Source: Thecamonas trahens ATCC 50062
Lineage: Eukaryota; Protista; Apusomonadida
Reading direction: 5' to 3'
Length of the DNA: 64,000 nt
NCBI RefSeq assembly: GCF_000142905.1
Contig: NW_013657660.1
Location: 334,056 to 398,055 of the forward strand
Of this stretch, positions 25,206-38,265 are shown one piece after another. The position numbers and the translations under genes were made by a program. The notes beneath the pieces were generated by a model that had not been told where the DNA came from, made no database searches, and worked only from the letters and a program-made list of their open reading frames with translations. Every line of letters begins with the position of its first letter. The first letter of the stretch is position 1.

Positions 25206-26264
25206 TTACGCCTCACCCGCGCTCTGCACCGACTCTACAAACGCCTGCAGATGCACCTTCATCTCGGCGTCCTCACACAGCTCAATGGCGGTCACGCCCG
25301 AGTTGTTCTTGAGCTCGACATCCGAGCCTGCAGCGACAAGCATCTCCGCCACCTCGACACACCCGCCCTGCGCCGCCGCATGCAGCGGCGTCCACCCGTA
25401 CCGGAGGCACTGATAGTTGACTGACGAGCCGGCGTCGATGAGCAGCTTGGCCACGTCCGGGAACCCACCGTGCGCCGCAAAGTACAGCGGCGTCCACCCA
25501 TCCGGCTCGTGGATTCCATGGATCGCTTCCGGATTCACATCCAGCGCCTGCTTTGTCTTGCCATAGTCGCCCAGCTTGGCCGCCGTGTGCACCTCGGTCC
25601 AGCCCGAGTCGAAGATCGCCGCCGCAGCATCAGGATACGCTGCGCTGTCCGCGTCCGTGCCAGCGCCCGCGCCAGCGCCAGCGCCTGGCCCAGCATCCTC
25701 CACAGACTCGACTGCCTTGCTCGCCGCCGTTGCTCTCCCAGCGCCGCTTGCGTCGTCGCTTCCCGCGGCCGGGGCCTCGGGCTCGAGAACCAGCTCCGGC
25801 ATCTCTAGCGCGCGGTCGACGGCGTCGTCGACGCGCTGCCTGCGAAGGCCCAGAACAAACCAGAATGTGCCATCGGCGTCCTCGATCGCGTCATCACAGG
25901 CGGTGCAGAAGAGCGAGCCGTCGTCACGGGCCATGTACAGAAAGTGGTCCGTGGCGTCGGCATGGGCCCCGCGGCACTCAGCGCACACCACTTGGTAGCA
26001 GACGAGGCAAACCCAAGCTGCGTTTGGTGCATCCGCCGCCTCAGCCGCCTCAGCCGCAGCCACTCCAGCATCCACAGTCTCTTCTGCCTGCGGCAACGGA
26101 GCCTGAACGCCACAACCAGCACACGCCGCCGTCATCCACTCTTCGTCGAGCGGCGAGGTGTGCTGGTAGTCGTGCTTGCACGCCTTGGGTGTGTACTTGC
26201 TCTGGCACACCATGCACACCTTGGCCTGCGCCACGTTGAGGTACGTGCACTTGTCACATGCCCA
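25206..26264 (-). CDS. NZF (RanBP2-type) zinc finger + ZnF-UBP + ankyrin-repeat protein; 5' exon unresolved
   Basis: After the acceptor CCGTAG the exon reads WACDKCTYLNVAQAKVCMVC. It then has 'WVCLVCYQVVC...HADATDH...LFCTACDD' (UBP-type) and the ankyrin repeats 'GWTPLYFAA' and 'GWTPLHAAA'. A strong donor AG|GTACGT lies at 26402. Confidence 0.75.
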   Translation of the reverse strand, partial: WACDKCTYLNVAQAKVCMVCQSKYTPKACKHDYQHTSPLDEEWMTAACAGCGVQAPLPQAEETVDAGVAAAEAAEAADAPNAAWVCLVCYQVVCAECRGAHADATDHFLYMARDDGSLFCTACDDAIEDADGTFWFVLGLRRQRVDDAVDRALEMPELVLEPEAPAAGSDDASGAGRATAASKAVESVEDAGPGAGAGAGAGTDADSAAYPDAAAAIFDSGWTEVHTAAKLGDYGKTKQALDVNPEAIHGIHEPDGWTPLYFAAHGGFPDVAKLLIDAGSSVNYQCLRYGWTPLHAAAQGGCVEVAEMLVAAGSDVELKNNSGVTAIELCEDAEMKVHLQAFVESVQSAGEA

Positions 26265-26761
26265 CTACGGAGAAGGAAGGGGGGGAGGGAGGGAGGGAGG
26301 GAGTGAGTCATGGACGGGTACGGCTATAGTCGTGCATCTTGCCTGGGCTGGTCGGACCTGTTCTTCTGGCGCTCGGGTCGCCGAGACTGCTGGAACACGT
26401 ACCTCTGTAACAGCCGTACAAACAATTGAACAAAGGAGAGAATGGAATGAATAGGTAGGTGAGGGTGAGTACTTGATCGTAGTTGTGTTTGTATCTACTA
26501 TGTCTCCCCTGTGTCTCCTCATTCGCCTTCCATGTAAACACCCACCAAGCCCTGTTTCTCCACCGCCCCACCCCCCCCCCCTCTCCCTCTCCCTCCGCCA
26601 CAGTTGAAAGAATGGAACTTTTTTGGGTTCCAATCGTACCTGATGGCATGTTGGTCACCGCAAAGAGTCAGGTGCCAATGCCTTTTGCGCCCGTTGCCGA
26701 TCCTGCCTCTGTACACTCTTGACCATCGCTCACTTTCCGATGGCATGGGCATGTGCGCACT

Positions 26762-29700
26762 TTACTCGTCATCTTCTGTGCGATGAGGCACGTTAGTCGG
26801 CCGGTCGGTCTGCGGCTCGGCTGCCGTCGCCTCGTCGAGCGACATTGAAATGCAGTCGGCGCGAACAATGTTGGCGTGAGAGCGACGCCGAGACGACGAC
26901 CGCCGCCGCTTCTTCAAGCTGCCTGCAGCTTGCGGCTGGGAGCTGTTGAGCCCAGCGTCGCGGACAAACGCCAGATTCGGTTGCGTCTGCGTCAGCGACG
27001 TCGAGACTGAGCGCCTCTTCTCCATACGCGTCGCGCTCGACCGTGCCGCGGCACCGCTCGCCGCTCCCATCACCTCGGGATCCGAGCCTTGCGTCGCCAG
27101 CAAAGGCCGCTTCTTGTCCATACGCGTCGCGCTCGCACTACGGCCCGGCTCTTCTCCACGCGGCCGCGCTCCGCTCGAACGACGCCGGCTGGTCTTCGTC
27201 CGCGCCCGGCTGCTTTTGGAATCTGACCGCACCCGAGAACCTGGCTGGCTCTTGAGCTTCGTCGTCTCACCGTCGCCAGGCGCCGCCGGGGAGCTGGACG
27301 GCCCCGCGCTCACCGAGCTGGACTCGCCATCGAGCTTCTGCATTGGCTGGACCTTGTTCGACGGCCGCGCCAAAAGCTTCTCTTTCATCGTCCGCTGGTC
27401 CTTGACAATAGCCCGGCGGGTGATGCGCTCGATGAGTCCGTCCAGCACCTCGACGTCGTCGGCGGGCGCCGTCTCTCGGTAGACTGAGACCGTTTTCTGC
27501 ACCTCATCCACAAACACGTCGACCTTGTGCTGCTTGCGGAGCGCACGTGTCTTAAAGTACATACCCTCCAGCACGTTGGCCAGCTCGGTGCACTCGTCCT
27601 CGTCACCGTCGTTTTTCACCCATGACATGAGCTCAAAGTACGCTTCCTCGGTGAGCACAAACTCGGCCCGCTGCGACAGCTCCGGATGCTCCGCTGCCGC
27701 CTCACGATACCGTCGCGAGTAGTAGTACAGCCGGACCTCCATTCCGACAGTCACCAGAATGAGGGCAGCAGAGAGCGCAATCGCTGTCACGCCAATGACA
27801 GCAAGCGTCGTCGACGACGCCGAGTCCATCTGGTCCGAGTGCACAAGGCCGACAAAGAGCAGAAAGTACTCGACACAGAGCACAACAAACTCGAGCCGGT
27901 TCTCGCGCCGGTTGCGGAACGGCCGCGCGTACACGTGCGTAAGCACAGACGCAAAGACAATAAACATACCCGTAAGTCCCTGGAGCGTCGGCAGCTGCGG
28001 GAAGAACAGCGTCGCCGCAATGAGCGCAACCTTGCGCCCAATCACAACAAGCTCCCATCCGTACCACACCAACGCGTACCGCGAGGTAAGGAACCCGAAC
28101 CGCGCAAGATATCGCTCATACAGCGTCTCCTCTTCCGAGAGGAACGCCGGCCGGAAGACCTTGACCAGAATAACCGCAAACAGCGCATACAGCCCCGCCA
28201 CAAACACAAAGCCCGCGACCAACGCGTACGGGAAAACCTCCCACCATGCACTCGAGTAGCACTGCATCGACGGATACGCAATGAGCGTGTACGTCCCGTC
28301 CGTCTGCTTCTTGCACGCAAACAGCTCCAGTGCTTTCGACGCCATCGTCGCGTAGTAGAAAGAGAGGAACATCAGGTACGCGTGCAGCATCTGGTTCGCC
28401 ATCGACCAAATTTCCGAGCGAGATAGCACCTTGCACGCCGCGCAAGAGGCCGCTACTACCGCCTTGGATTCCCGCGGCGCTTCACCGGCTGCACTACCGC
28501 TTCGCTGGAGAAGCTCCACCCCATCCGAGCCCTCCTCTTGCTCTTCATCCATTTCGACCTTGCCCTTACCCGTGTCTAAACCCGAAGAGTACCGGGATGC
28601 ACGCGAGCTCGCTGCACCCGCAGCCTCAACTGGTGCCTCCTTGCAGCACGAGAGCAACGACGACCACATGCACCGCACCAGAACGTAACACCCGTACACA
28701 AAGCCGACCACCAGCGGCACTGACATCGAAATGAGCCACTTGGTCTTGTACGAGACCGAGACGGCGCACTCGGGCGATGCCGCGTCCAGACTGAGATTGA
28801 AGATGGAGAACCACTTGATGATCGTCACAATCGCACCCGGCCAGTTGAGCTCGTAAGCCGAGAACAGCGCAACCGTTTGAAAGTAGTTGACTGCAATCGA
28901 TATCGAGGTGAACGACGACTTGCCCGTCGACTTGCCGGCCACCTTGTAAAACAGAATGATGACAATCAGCAGGGCGACGCCACCAATGATCATCGGCGCC
29001 ATCGTGTTGTCCGGGCACTTTTCGCACTCGTCCTCCAGCGGGTAGTACCCTTCTGTACACCGGCTGCAAGCCCTCCCAGTGTAGCCAGTCGCGCACGCTG
29101 ATGCTGCCCCGCCTGGACATGCACTCTTTGGCGTGCACTCGAGCACGAGCCCAGCGTTCTCCGGGTCGCGCCAGTACCCAGCGTTCGGCACAGGGACCTC
29201 GTTGTTGAGAAACTCGCAGGTCGCAATCCCGCCTTGCGGGCACTCATTGCATGGTCCGTCTGCCAGGTTGCCCCAGAACCCGTCGTTGCACTTGCACTTG
29301 TCCGCCGAGTCGCCGCCGCTCGTTCCGATCTTCGAGTTGGCCGGGCACTTGCTGCAACCGGTCGAGCCCTCCTCGGTCGCGTACGCATCGATCGCGCACG
29401 CTGTACACTCTACCGCAGACGGTGCGAACTCGTCGGTTGCATTAGGCCAATAGTGACCCGGAGGACATGGCTTGCACTGCCGTGCCAGCCCGTCATCCAC
29501 CGCCAAGTACTGGCCGCCGGAGCATGACGCGCACGTTGTCGATCCGACGCTCGGAGTGTACTGGGTGTCGGGACAGAGCTTGCATGTCGCCTCGCCGTAT
29601 GTATCCGTGTACACCCCAAGACCGCACGGTATGCACGGAACGCTGATCTGCGTCCCAGCTGTTCCCGGCGGGCATCCGAGCTTGGTAAAGCTAACGCCTG

Positions 29701-32700
29701 TTGAAAGCGACTGAAGCCCTGTGCCGCCCACAAGCAGGCGGACCATCGCCTGCCCTACCGCGGCCTTGGGCAAGTTACACAACACCCGGTTTGGCGCCAC
29801 AAACGTGGCCGGATCGCCTCGCAGGTCGCCGTACGCACACACAAGGTCGTTAAACTCCAGTCCGGGACCATGTCCCTCAAGCACCAGCGAGTTCTTGACG
29901 TTGAACGTGCCCGACATCGCGCTGCTCGCTTCAACCGCCATGGCAGCACCGATGTCGAACCGCCGGAGCACACCCGAGACCCGTGCAGGCGTGTCAAAAT
30001 CGCTCGCCTGCTGCCCGCCAAAGTAGTAAGCGTCGCCGTGCGCCGCTACAGAGGCTTCCTCGATAGCAGCCACTGCACTACCCGTCCCGGTGTTCGGCAC
30101 ATGGGCCACAGCCCGCACGCTCCAGTCATGGAGCGAGAGTTGCAGGACCGAGTTGACGACCTGGTCCTCAAACGCCTCACCGCCAAACATCAGTACCGTC
30201 CCGTCGCTGCGGGCATTGCTCACGCTACCCAGAAACCAGAGCGGCAGCTCGCGGTTCTTGCCGTTCTCCTCCGGCGTTGCCTCGACCCACGTCCCGTCAC
30301 TGGGATTGTAGAGAAAGACCATGCCGTAGATGCCAAAAAACGTGGGCGAAGTGATTAGACCAGGTCCCACCACGCCAATGAGCTCACCATTCCCACGCCC
30401 AGTCGCAACAGCCACCGCCTCCGGTACGATAAATGGTCGCAAGCCAAACGGAAAGTTGACTGGTGGCGCAGGCACAACACTCCACGTCATGCTACCCACG
30501 TCCAGCGAGAAGATCTGCGTCGGAAGCATGATGAGGTCATCAGACCCCAACAAGCGCAGGTCGGAAAGGCCAGACACAACGTACATCTTACTTCCGTCCG
30601 GAGTGCAGACAGCCCCGGTGCCAAACAGCGCCGGCGGAGGCGTGCCAAACGTGGTTTGCCGCGTCCACACCCCAGTGTTCAGCTCGAGCGTCCACAGCTC
30701 ATCGCTCGCGGCAACCAGCCCGTTGTCGATAGTGATGCCGCCGAACATGTACACCGTCGAGTCGATGATACACGAGCCACCTAGCAACCACAGCGTCGTC
30801 GGGTCGCGCCCGGTTGTTGCCAGCAGTGCCCAGCTCTGGCTCGCGAGGTCAAACTCGTAGACTTGCGAGAGCTTGGTGCTGGTGTCAGAGTCGACCGCGA
30901 CGAGCCGGCCAATGTCAAAAGGATCGACGCGCTTCGGCACGCCGCCAAAAAGGACTACCGAGCCCCGGGCCGGGACGTGTCGCAGCGTTGCGCCCACCGC
31001 GCGAGTGGCTCGATTGCTGTACCGGTCCACTCTGGATCAGGTGACGGTGCCGCGGCCACGACCGCAGCGTTGTGTGAGAGCTGAAAGACCATGGCGGGTG
31101 CGTCGTCGCCGGTCACCGCGCTTGCCGAGGACACCACCGCGCCGCCGAGCTCGAGCACGTTGCCATCTGGGAATCGAATGAGCACCGCCCCGGCCCGCCA
31201 ACGCATCGCCGCCGGCCGCTCCGGGAGGTAGCTGAATGACATGTCGTGCGGCGAGAAGATGACGTCAAGTCCATAAGAGGTCCTCGACGTGTGGGCGCCG
31301 GCAGCGCTCATGTGCGACGACCGGTACATCACATTGAGGTATTGGCCAACGCCAATGCCGCCGGCAAATAAGACTCGCCCGTCTTTCAGCGCCACACCAG
31401 CCGTGTGCAGCTTGTGCATTTGTGGCGCCGACGTCTCGATGGGCATCCGCGACGTCGTTTCGACCAAGCCTGTCGTAAGCGATCGTGAGAACGCGACAAC
31501 ACACGTCATGCCGCGGGTCGTGCTGACCGAAATGCTTGCCACCTCACCCAGGAAGTAGCCGCCGTCGAAAACAAGGCTCGCCGTGGGGGCCGAGTACACC
31601 ACTGAACCTCCAAGCGTCGGAGGGCAGGTTCCAGAGCCAAACGAGAGGCGCTGCCACACAGGAGGGCTAGCCGTGAGATTGAAAAAGTAGACATCGGCCA
31701 CAGCGTCAAACAGGTTCGTGGGCAACGGGTCAGCGATGGAGAGCACATGCGACCACGCCGCCGCGACAAGGATGCCCTTGGAGCGCAGGACCGGGTCGGA
31801 GGCCCGAACGGCGGCAGTGCCGGGGTAGATCCCGCCAAAGCGCTCGTCAGAGAGCCAGTCGAGCGGCAGGCCTGACGAGGCACACAATGCCGGAAGAGTC
31901 GAAACAAACTTGGGAGTGGCCGACCGAGACCGCAGCGTGAAGTGCGGGTCGTAGCAGTTGGGGAAGATCTGGGTCCAGGTCATGCTCACCAGATTGAGCG
32001 ACCACATGTCGGTCCGGTGACGGATGTACTCGCCGAAAATGTTTTCGTTCGGCACCACGCCACCGATGACTACCAGCTGGTTGTCGTCGGGAAAGCAGAC
32101 GAGTGACGCGTGTGCCCGGCAGCCAGGCCCCGTCGTCTCGCCGTCGCCCATCACACTGGTCAGGTCCGACCAAGCCTGGGTGGCAAGGTTGTACGAGTAA
32201 AACTCGCAGAGCGCAAACGAGGTGTTGAACTTGTTCGAGTCAAAGTACGTAGCGGCAAAAGCGCGCGGAATCGGTCCGTAAAAGTAGGCAACCGAGCCGC
32301 AAGTTTCTGAGTACTCGCCGGCATCAAGCCACTCGCCGAGGCCCGAGCGCTGCTGCGCAAAGTTGGTCACAAACGGCGGCGGCGGCGGCAGCGTCGGCGG
32401 AGGAGGAGTTGAGGGCAAGCCCGCCAAATACGTCGCCATTGTTTGGTGGACATACGGCGCAGGGCACGAGCCGTACCTCGAATCGCCCTTGGCTTCAGCC
32501 ACCTCGGGTTGGGTCACTAACCGAGAAGCCAGCACTCCGGCGAAGCCACCCTGAGCCGGGCACGAGTTCGAATGCGCGACGTTGAAGCCCGTGGCAGCAT
32601 CGACGGCGCCAAGCAAACAAGCTCCCCGCGAAAGGCACCAGGTACACGCCGGATCTGCGACGCACCCTGTGCATGTTCCGTGCCGGCCGCAGACGGCCAG

Positions 32701-34464
32701 CTTGCAGTGCGGGCCGGTTCGATCCTGGTTAAAGTAGCCCGAGGATGGATCACCTTCGGTCCAGCACGAGCAGGTTCCGGTTGATCCGAAAATGTCGCAG
32801 TAGCCGTGGCCGTCACAGTTGCTGTCGCAGTACAGATCCCAACCGACTTGGATGCTTCCGGTAAACGTGGCGTCGGTCGGCGAGCCGGGTGCTGGAATTA
32901 CCGCGAGGTAGTAAATGCCTTTGGTGAGCCGGGTGGTACTGTTGAAACTGTCGGTCACGCCCGAGACAACCACCATGGCGTCCGGTTGGACCACGCCCGA
33001 ATTGGAAAAGACTGGCGGCCCGCCGTGGCGGAGCACCACATCGTATGGGTGCGACGCCGAGATTTCGACGTCAAAGGCCTTGGCTCCTGCCGGAACAGTA
33101 AAGGCAAAGAGCGCCACCGCAAACGACGACGATCCGTTGGTCGCGTGCGCAAGCTGGATCGGGTACCGCCGGCCAGAAAGAAGGCCGTGCTGTTTGCTCG
33201 GCACAACAAGGTTTGATCCCGAAGCAGGCAGCGATGGAAAGTCCGGAAAGCCGATGTACACCAGCCCATCGCCAGTCTTGTAAGGCGCAATGGCGTCAGC
33301 GACAGGCGTGCTCGTCACAAGTAGGGTAAAGTCGGCCAAACTCGTTCGATGAAGACCCACAAAGTAGACACCCGGAACAGGAGCAAAGAGCGTGAGAACG
33401 CTCGGCCCACTCGTCGGGTGATGTTGCACATACAGGCCGTCTTGCGCCCCGGTCATCGTTGAGCCGGAGAAGACTGAAGGTGGGACAGCAAGCGCGTCGC
33501 GCCGGACCCAGACGTCGACCCCAAACGTCGCGCTCGAGACGCCGGAAATATCAACGTCGACGCGGGCATGAGCGCCAGTGACCACAAAGTAAGCATAGGT
33601 CATCGATCCGACTGGCGGTGAGAGCGATCCGACACCAGCATAGGTCCGTGATTCGGATGGGTCCGTGAACGCCGTCGACGGCGCGATGGTGGCAGAGGCC
33701 CCAAACACAAGTCGGGTCATTCCCTCGCTGCAGCCATCCGAAGACCCAATCTTGTCAAAGCTGAGGCCAGCGTCGGTGTACGGGCTGTAGGTCTGTGAGG
33801 TGCCATCAAACTGGCAGGACGCCAAGTCGGCAGTGACGGCAAACTGCACGGCCTTCTCACCGCCTGGCGGGTGAAAGCCGTAGCTCGACGGATCAAAGCC
33901 AGGACACGAGTACGGACCCGAGCCGCCTGTAACGTAGTTGTCGACAATGGTGATCATGCCAAACAGCCGGCCCGCGCGCGGAGCAGGGATGACGATGGTC
34001 TCAGACCAGCCACTGGTGGTGTTGGAGTGACTAAAGCCCGAGTTGTCAAACGTCGCCGGCTCATCCCACGCAAAGTGGGCGGTCCATCCAACCGGCTCCA
34101 GCCCTGGTGGAACCGGGGGACCACCGCCGTTCTCCTGAATGACCTCGATGCGCATGACCTCTGTCAAGTACGGGACTTCGAGTGAGAACGAGACGATTGA
34201 GTCGCTGCAGTCGAGGTAGAACTCGGTCGAGCTGCTCGGGCCGGGACCATCGCTCACATCGGAGGCCATGATAGGATTACGCGAAGGAATAGGCTGCGAG
34301 TAGAGAGGGGAGATGCTTGAAAAGGCATCAGCTACAAAGATAGAGTCCTTGAACAGCTCGGGGCCGTTTGGTGGCGAGTCGGCGGCAACGCCGCCGTCGG
34401 CAACAAGACCGCCAACGAAGACCACCGCCACAATGGCGACTGTCAGCCACCAGAGTGCGAGCAT
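26762..34464 (-). CDS. Giant cell-surface protein: signal peptide, EGF/PSI, Kelch repeats, IPT/TIG-like and Cys-rich repeats, multi-TM C-terminus; apparent frameshift at about 30993-30998
   Basis: Signal 'MLALWWLTVAIVAVVFV', EGF 'CDSNCDGHGYC...CSC', PSI 'CTGCVADPACTWC', Kelch-type 'VYMFGG' and 'VLMFGG', CxxCxxG repeats, and about 9 TM helices. Adding one G yields the Kelch-like 'PLARVGATLRHVPARGSVVLFGG'. Confidence 0.75.
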
Positions 34465-34776
34465 GAGGGGAGTAGTTGTGGGAAATAAGGAAGAAAATGC
34501 GTTGATGGTGGTGGGGGGGAGGGGAGGGAGGGGCGAGGAGATTGTGGTGTAGAGATGTTGAGCAGGGGTGGCCTTGTGGAAGGAAGGAAGGAGGGTGAGG
34601 TGATCCCGGGCTGTGCCATTGCCATTGCGAGTCATTGAGATGGCCGTTGTTCGGCGGGTCACAAAAAGGACGAAATCGCGTGGGAACGTTGCACGTTTCG
34701 CAAGGACACAGAGTACAACAAGTTTACAGCCTGATGAAAGAGGCGAGAGAGGGGGGAAGGATGAAGGCTGAGAGCA

Positions 34777-36491
34777 TTATGCCGAGTGAACCCTGAAGCG
34801 ATAGATGCAGGTGTACTCGTTGTGGCCGTGGTTGGAGAGGATCTCAAGACGGATCTGGTTGTAGGCGGCCGAGTCGACAGCAACGTTGGCATGGAGGACG
34901 CCACCCCAGAGGAGGTCGGGCGAAGCGGGGTCAAAGACAAAGACCGGCGAGTCGGAGCCAGCCGGAAAGATGGGGGTCCAGGACGCGCCCGAGTCCGGTG
35001 AGCCGTAGACGCGGAACTCACGCGGAGCCGACGACGAGTGCAGGAGGACGGCGGCAGGCATGTGCTCGAGCGAGATCGAGGTGACGGCAACGGGCTTGGA
35101 GAGCTGGACGGTGGCAAAGCCTGCGTCAGCGGCCATAGCCCAGCAGTCACCGACGCCAGCCGACGGAAGGAGCATGGCAGTGGCGCGCGGAATGGAAGGC
35201 GCGGCGACCCGGAGCGGCGAAGTGACCTTGGAGAGGAAGGCGGCCATGGCCTCGGCCATCGATGCCGACATGCCGCCGGCCGGCGACCAGTCCGGCGAGT
35301 GCTGGACGACAAAGCCGTCGGCAGCGTGGTCAACAAGACCAGTACGATCAGCATGGTACTTGGCGAGCGAGGCCGCGACGAGCGCCTGCGCCTCGTCGGC
35401 GGAGACGCCGGCGACAACGTCGACGGTGCCCGAGTCGACAGCCGCACGGACCGAGTCGCGGACCATGGCGGCAATGTCGGCCTTGCCGTGCTCGAGCACG
35501 TCAGCGGCAGTCGGCATCGAGATGGCCTCAAGCCGGTCGGCAACCGCAGCCTCAATGAGCGCGGTGAGCTGCGAGGTGGTGACAAAGCCTGCGTCGTCGA
35601 TGAGCTTGCGGACAGCGTCGACCTGCTCGGTGGCGGCAGCGGCGCCAGCGGCGGATGCTGCCTTCTCTACAGCGGCGAGCTGGGCCTTGAGCGCGTCGAC
35701 CGCACCCGAGAGGGCGTTGATTTGGGCGTCGGCGCGGGCGAGTGCCTCGGTGACGGCCGGCGACGGCGGCGCTGGTGAGCTGGATGCTGGGGCGGGGGCC
35801 GGGACCGGTGCAGGCGCAGGCGCGTTCTCGAGCGCTGTCACTGCGGCGTCAAGCGCCGCAAGCTTCGGCTCGAGGCTCGCCACCGATGCTGCCACCGCTG
35901 ACAGCTCGGCGCGGACAGCAGAGTCGTCGTAAGCTTCGACGGGCGCCGGGCTCGGAGACGGCGCCGAGCTTGAGTCTGCCGCGGCGGCGGCGGCCTCGGT
36001 GGCTGCCTGAGCTGCGGCAGCGGCGTCAGCAGCGGCAGCAGCATTCGCAGCCTGGGCCTCCTCCACAGCCGCCACCTGGTCAGCCAGCTCCGAGAGAACT
36101 CGCGAGAGCTCGTCGAGCTGGGTCTTGGTGGCCGTGCGGACCTCGTCAACGCCAGAGGTGGCTGCAGTGGCCCGCTTGCGGACAAGAGCGACCTCGTCCT
36201 GGCTCGCCTCCAGCTTGCCCGAGAGGCCCTCGACCCGACCGGTCAGGGCGCTGAGCTTGGCGCTGAGCTCGGCCAGCGCAGCGTCGTCGACAACCGGTGG
36301 CGCCGGGGCAACAGGGGCCGGAGTCGGCGGCGGAGGCGGGGGCGGAAGCGCAGCGATGGCGTCGGCGACCGCAGACGGAACGGCCTGGGACACTGCGCCC
36401 GGCACCGAGGAGGAGACTGCAGACGCAACAGCAGACGCAACCGTGGCCGAGATGTACTGCTTCAACTCGTCCATGTCAAAGTCGGGCGAGA

Positions 36492-36528
<37 letters not shown>

Positions 36529-37381
36529 GAGCGACGACGCTGGGCTGGGGCCGGGACTGGCCGGGAGCGTCGGGAACGTCGGAAGCGACGGGAGCGACGG
36601 GAGCGACGGGAGCGTCGGGAGCGACGGGAGCGACGGGAGCGACGGGAGCGACGGGAGCGACGGGAACGCAAAGTCAAACGACGGAACAGAGATCCACGGC
36701 AGGTTGGCGAGGGTCGGGAAGGTCGGGAAGGTCGAAAGGCTCGGCAGCGCCAACGAAAAGGTTGGGAGCGACGGAAGCGACGGAAGCGACGGGAGCGACG
36801 GAAGCGACGGAAGCAACGGGAGCGCAGCGGGGAGCGGCGGCGTTGAGAGCTCCGACAGCGCAGGAGCGACATGGCCCAGCGCCGGCGGGCCAGTCCAGGT
36901 GCCGATGAGGAGAACGAGGACCATGATGATGAGGCCGCGCCAGACCGAGCCGTGCTTAAAGTAGCGGTTGTCGTCGAGGAAAAAGATCCAGCGAAGAGTA
37001 GCGCCGACCCAGAGGTTGAGGGCAAGGGCAAGAGCGCCAATGACATGGATCATTCGGACGAGGAGGGCCGGATCGGCGACCGGCAGAGCGTGAATGTCAC
37101 CATCGGGGCCGGGCACCGGGGTGTCCATCCGTGGCGGCGCTTGAACCTTGACATCAAAAACGCCCGCCACCCGCGGCGAGAGCGGCGAGGTCGGCAGCGG
37201 CGACATGGAAGTACGGGCGAGCCGCGGCGGCGAGCCAGCGTCCGAGGCGACTGATGCCGCCGTGGCCTCGCCGGACGGCTCCTCGGACGTCTCGTCCGAG
37301 GCCGACTCATCCTCGCTGCTGCTCTCGGCACCTTCGTCGTCAGAGAGCTTCTCGCCAGAATCATCAGACTCGCCCTCGTCA

Positions 37382-37413
<32 letters not shown>

Positions 37414-37707
37414 CGAGACCGACGCCGAGGCGACCTCCTCGGAGAGCGACTCGGGCGCCGGCGAGGGCGAGGGCGAGCGCCGGACCGAGCGCGAGCGAGT
37501 GGCCCGAGCAGGACGGCTCCGAGTGGCACGTGCAGTGCGTGCGGGACGGGCCGGAGCAGGAGCAGGAACCGGAGCTGGCGAGGCCGGAGCTGCGCCAGCA
37601 GCAGCGCCTCCCGTGTCGTCTTCGGGCGCCACCGAGACGGTGCGGTTGCGGAGGCGGCGGGAGAACCGAGTGGGCGTCACCGACCGGGAAGCTGAACCAC
37701 GCGGCAT
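34777..37707 (-). CDS. SUN-domain (Sad1/UNC-84) inner nuclear membrane LINC protein
   Basis: C-terminal SUN motifs 'GDCWAM', 'ISLEH', 'SSAPREFRVYG', 'SNHGHNEYTCIYRFRVH'. The protein also has a basic then acidic N-terminus, TM helices and a luminal coiled coil. Confidence 0.92.
36562..36830. repeat. 9-bp coding repeats (GGGAGCGAC) encoding two (LPS)n arrays in the SUN protein
   Basis: Read directly. Confidence 0.9.
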
Positions 37708-38265
37708 GGGTCCACCAGTAGCAAACAGTCTGTAGTTGCCCTCGTTTGCCAGAGCGGTGTGTGCTGTTTCCAACTCAGACAAGAGCTCAGGCCAGGGGGG
37801 GGGAAGGGGGGGGGGGGCTGGGGGGGCGAAAGCGCGCGGTGCGTGATGGCGCGAGAGTCGACCCGACGCATCATTCAATCAAACAACTCGTGAATTAATC
37901 GTTGGCAGCGGTGGCGTGAGCCATCGGTCGCTGAACGATAAGCGACATGAAGGGAATGCCCATAAGAGGGGGGAAGGGAATGGAGGGCGGGAGGCTCATA
38001 TACGTACACATAGACACAGTTCTCTTTGCTCATAGGCTACAAACAAAGTAGCAAAGGTATGTGGGTTGGGAGGGGTGGGGGGGGGGGGGGAGGGGGAGGT
38101 GGTGGTGGGGGAGTGGGGGGGGTGGGGGGACGGGACGGGGGGGTGGCGGGGCGAAGTGGTGGCGAGGTGCGGGATACGTGGAGGGGGTGGTGACAGGGAA
38201 CAGGGGAGCACTCATGGAGATGTGGATGTGGTACAATGGGATGGTGTGCGTTAGGAAGAAGGAGT

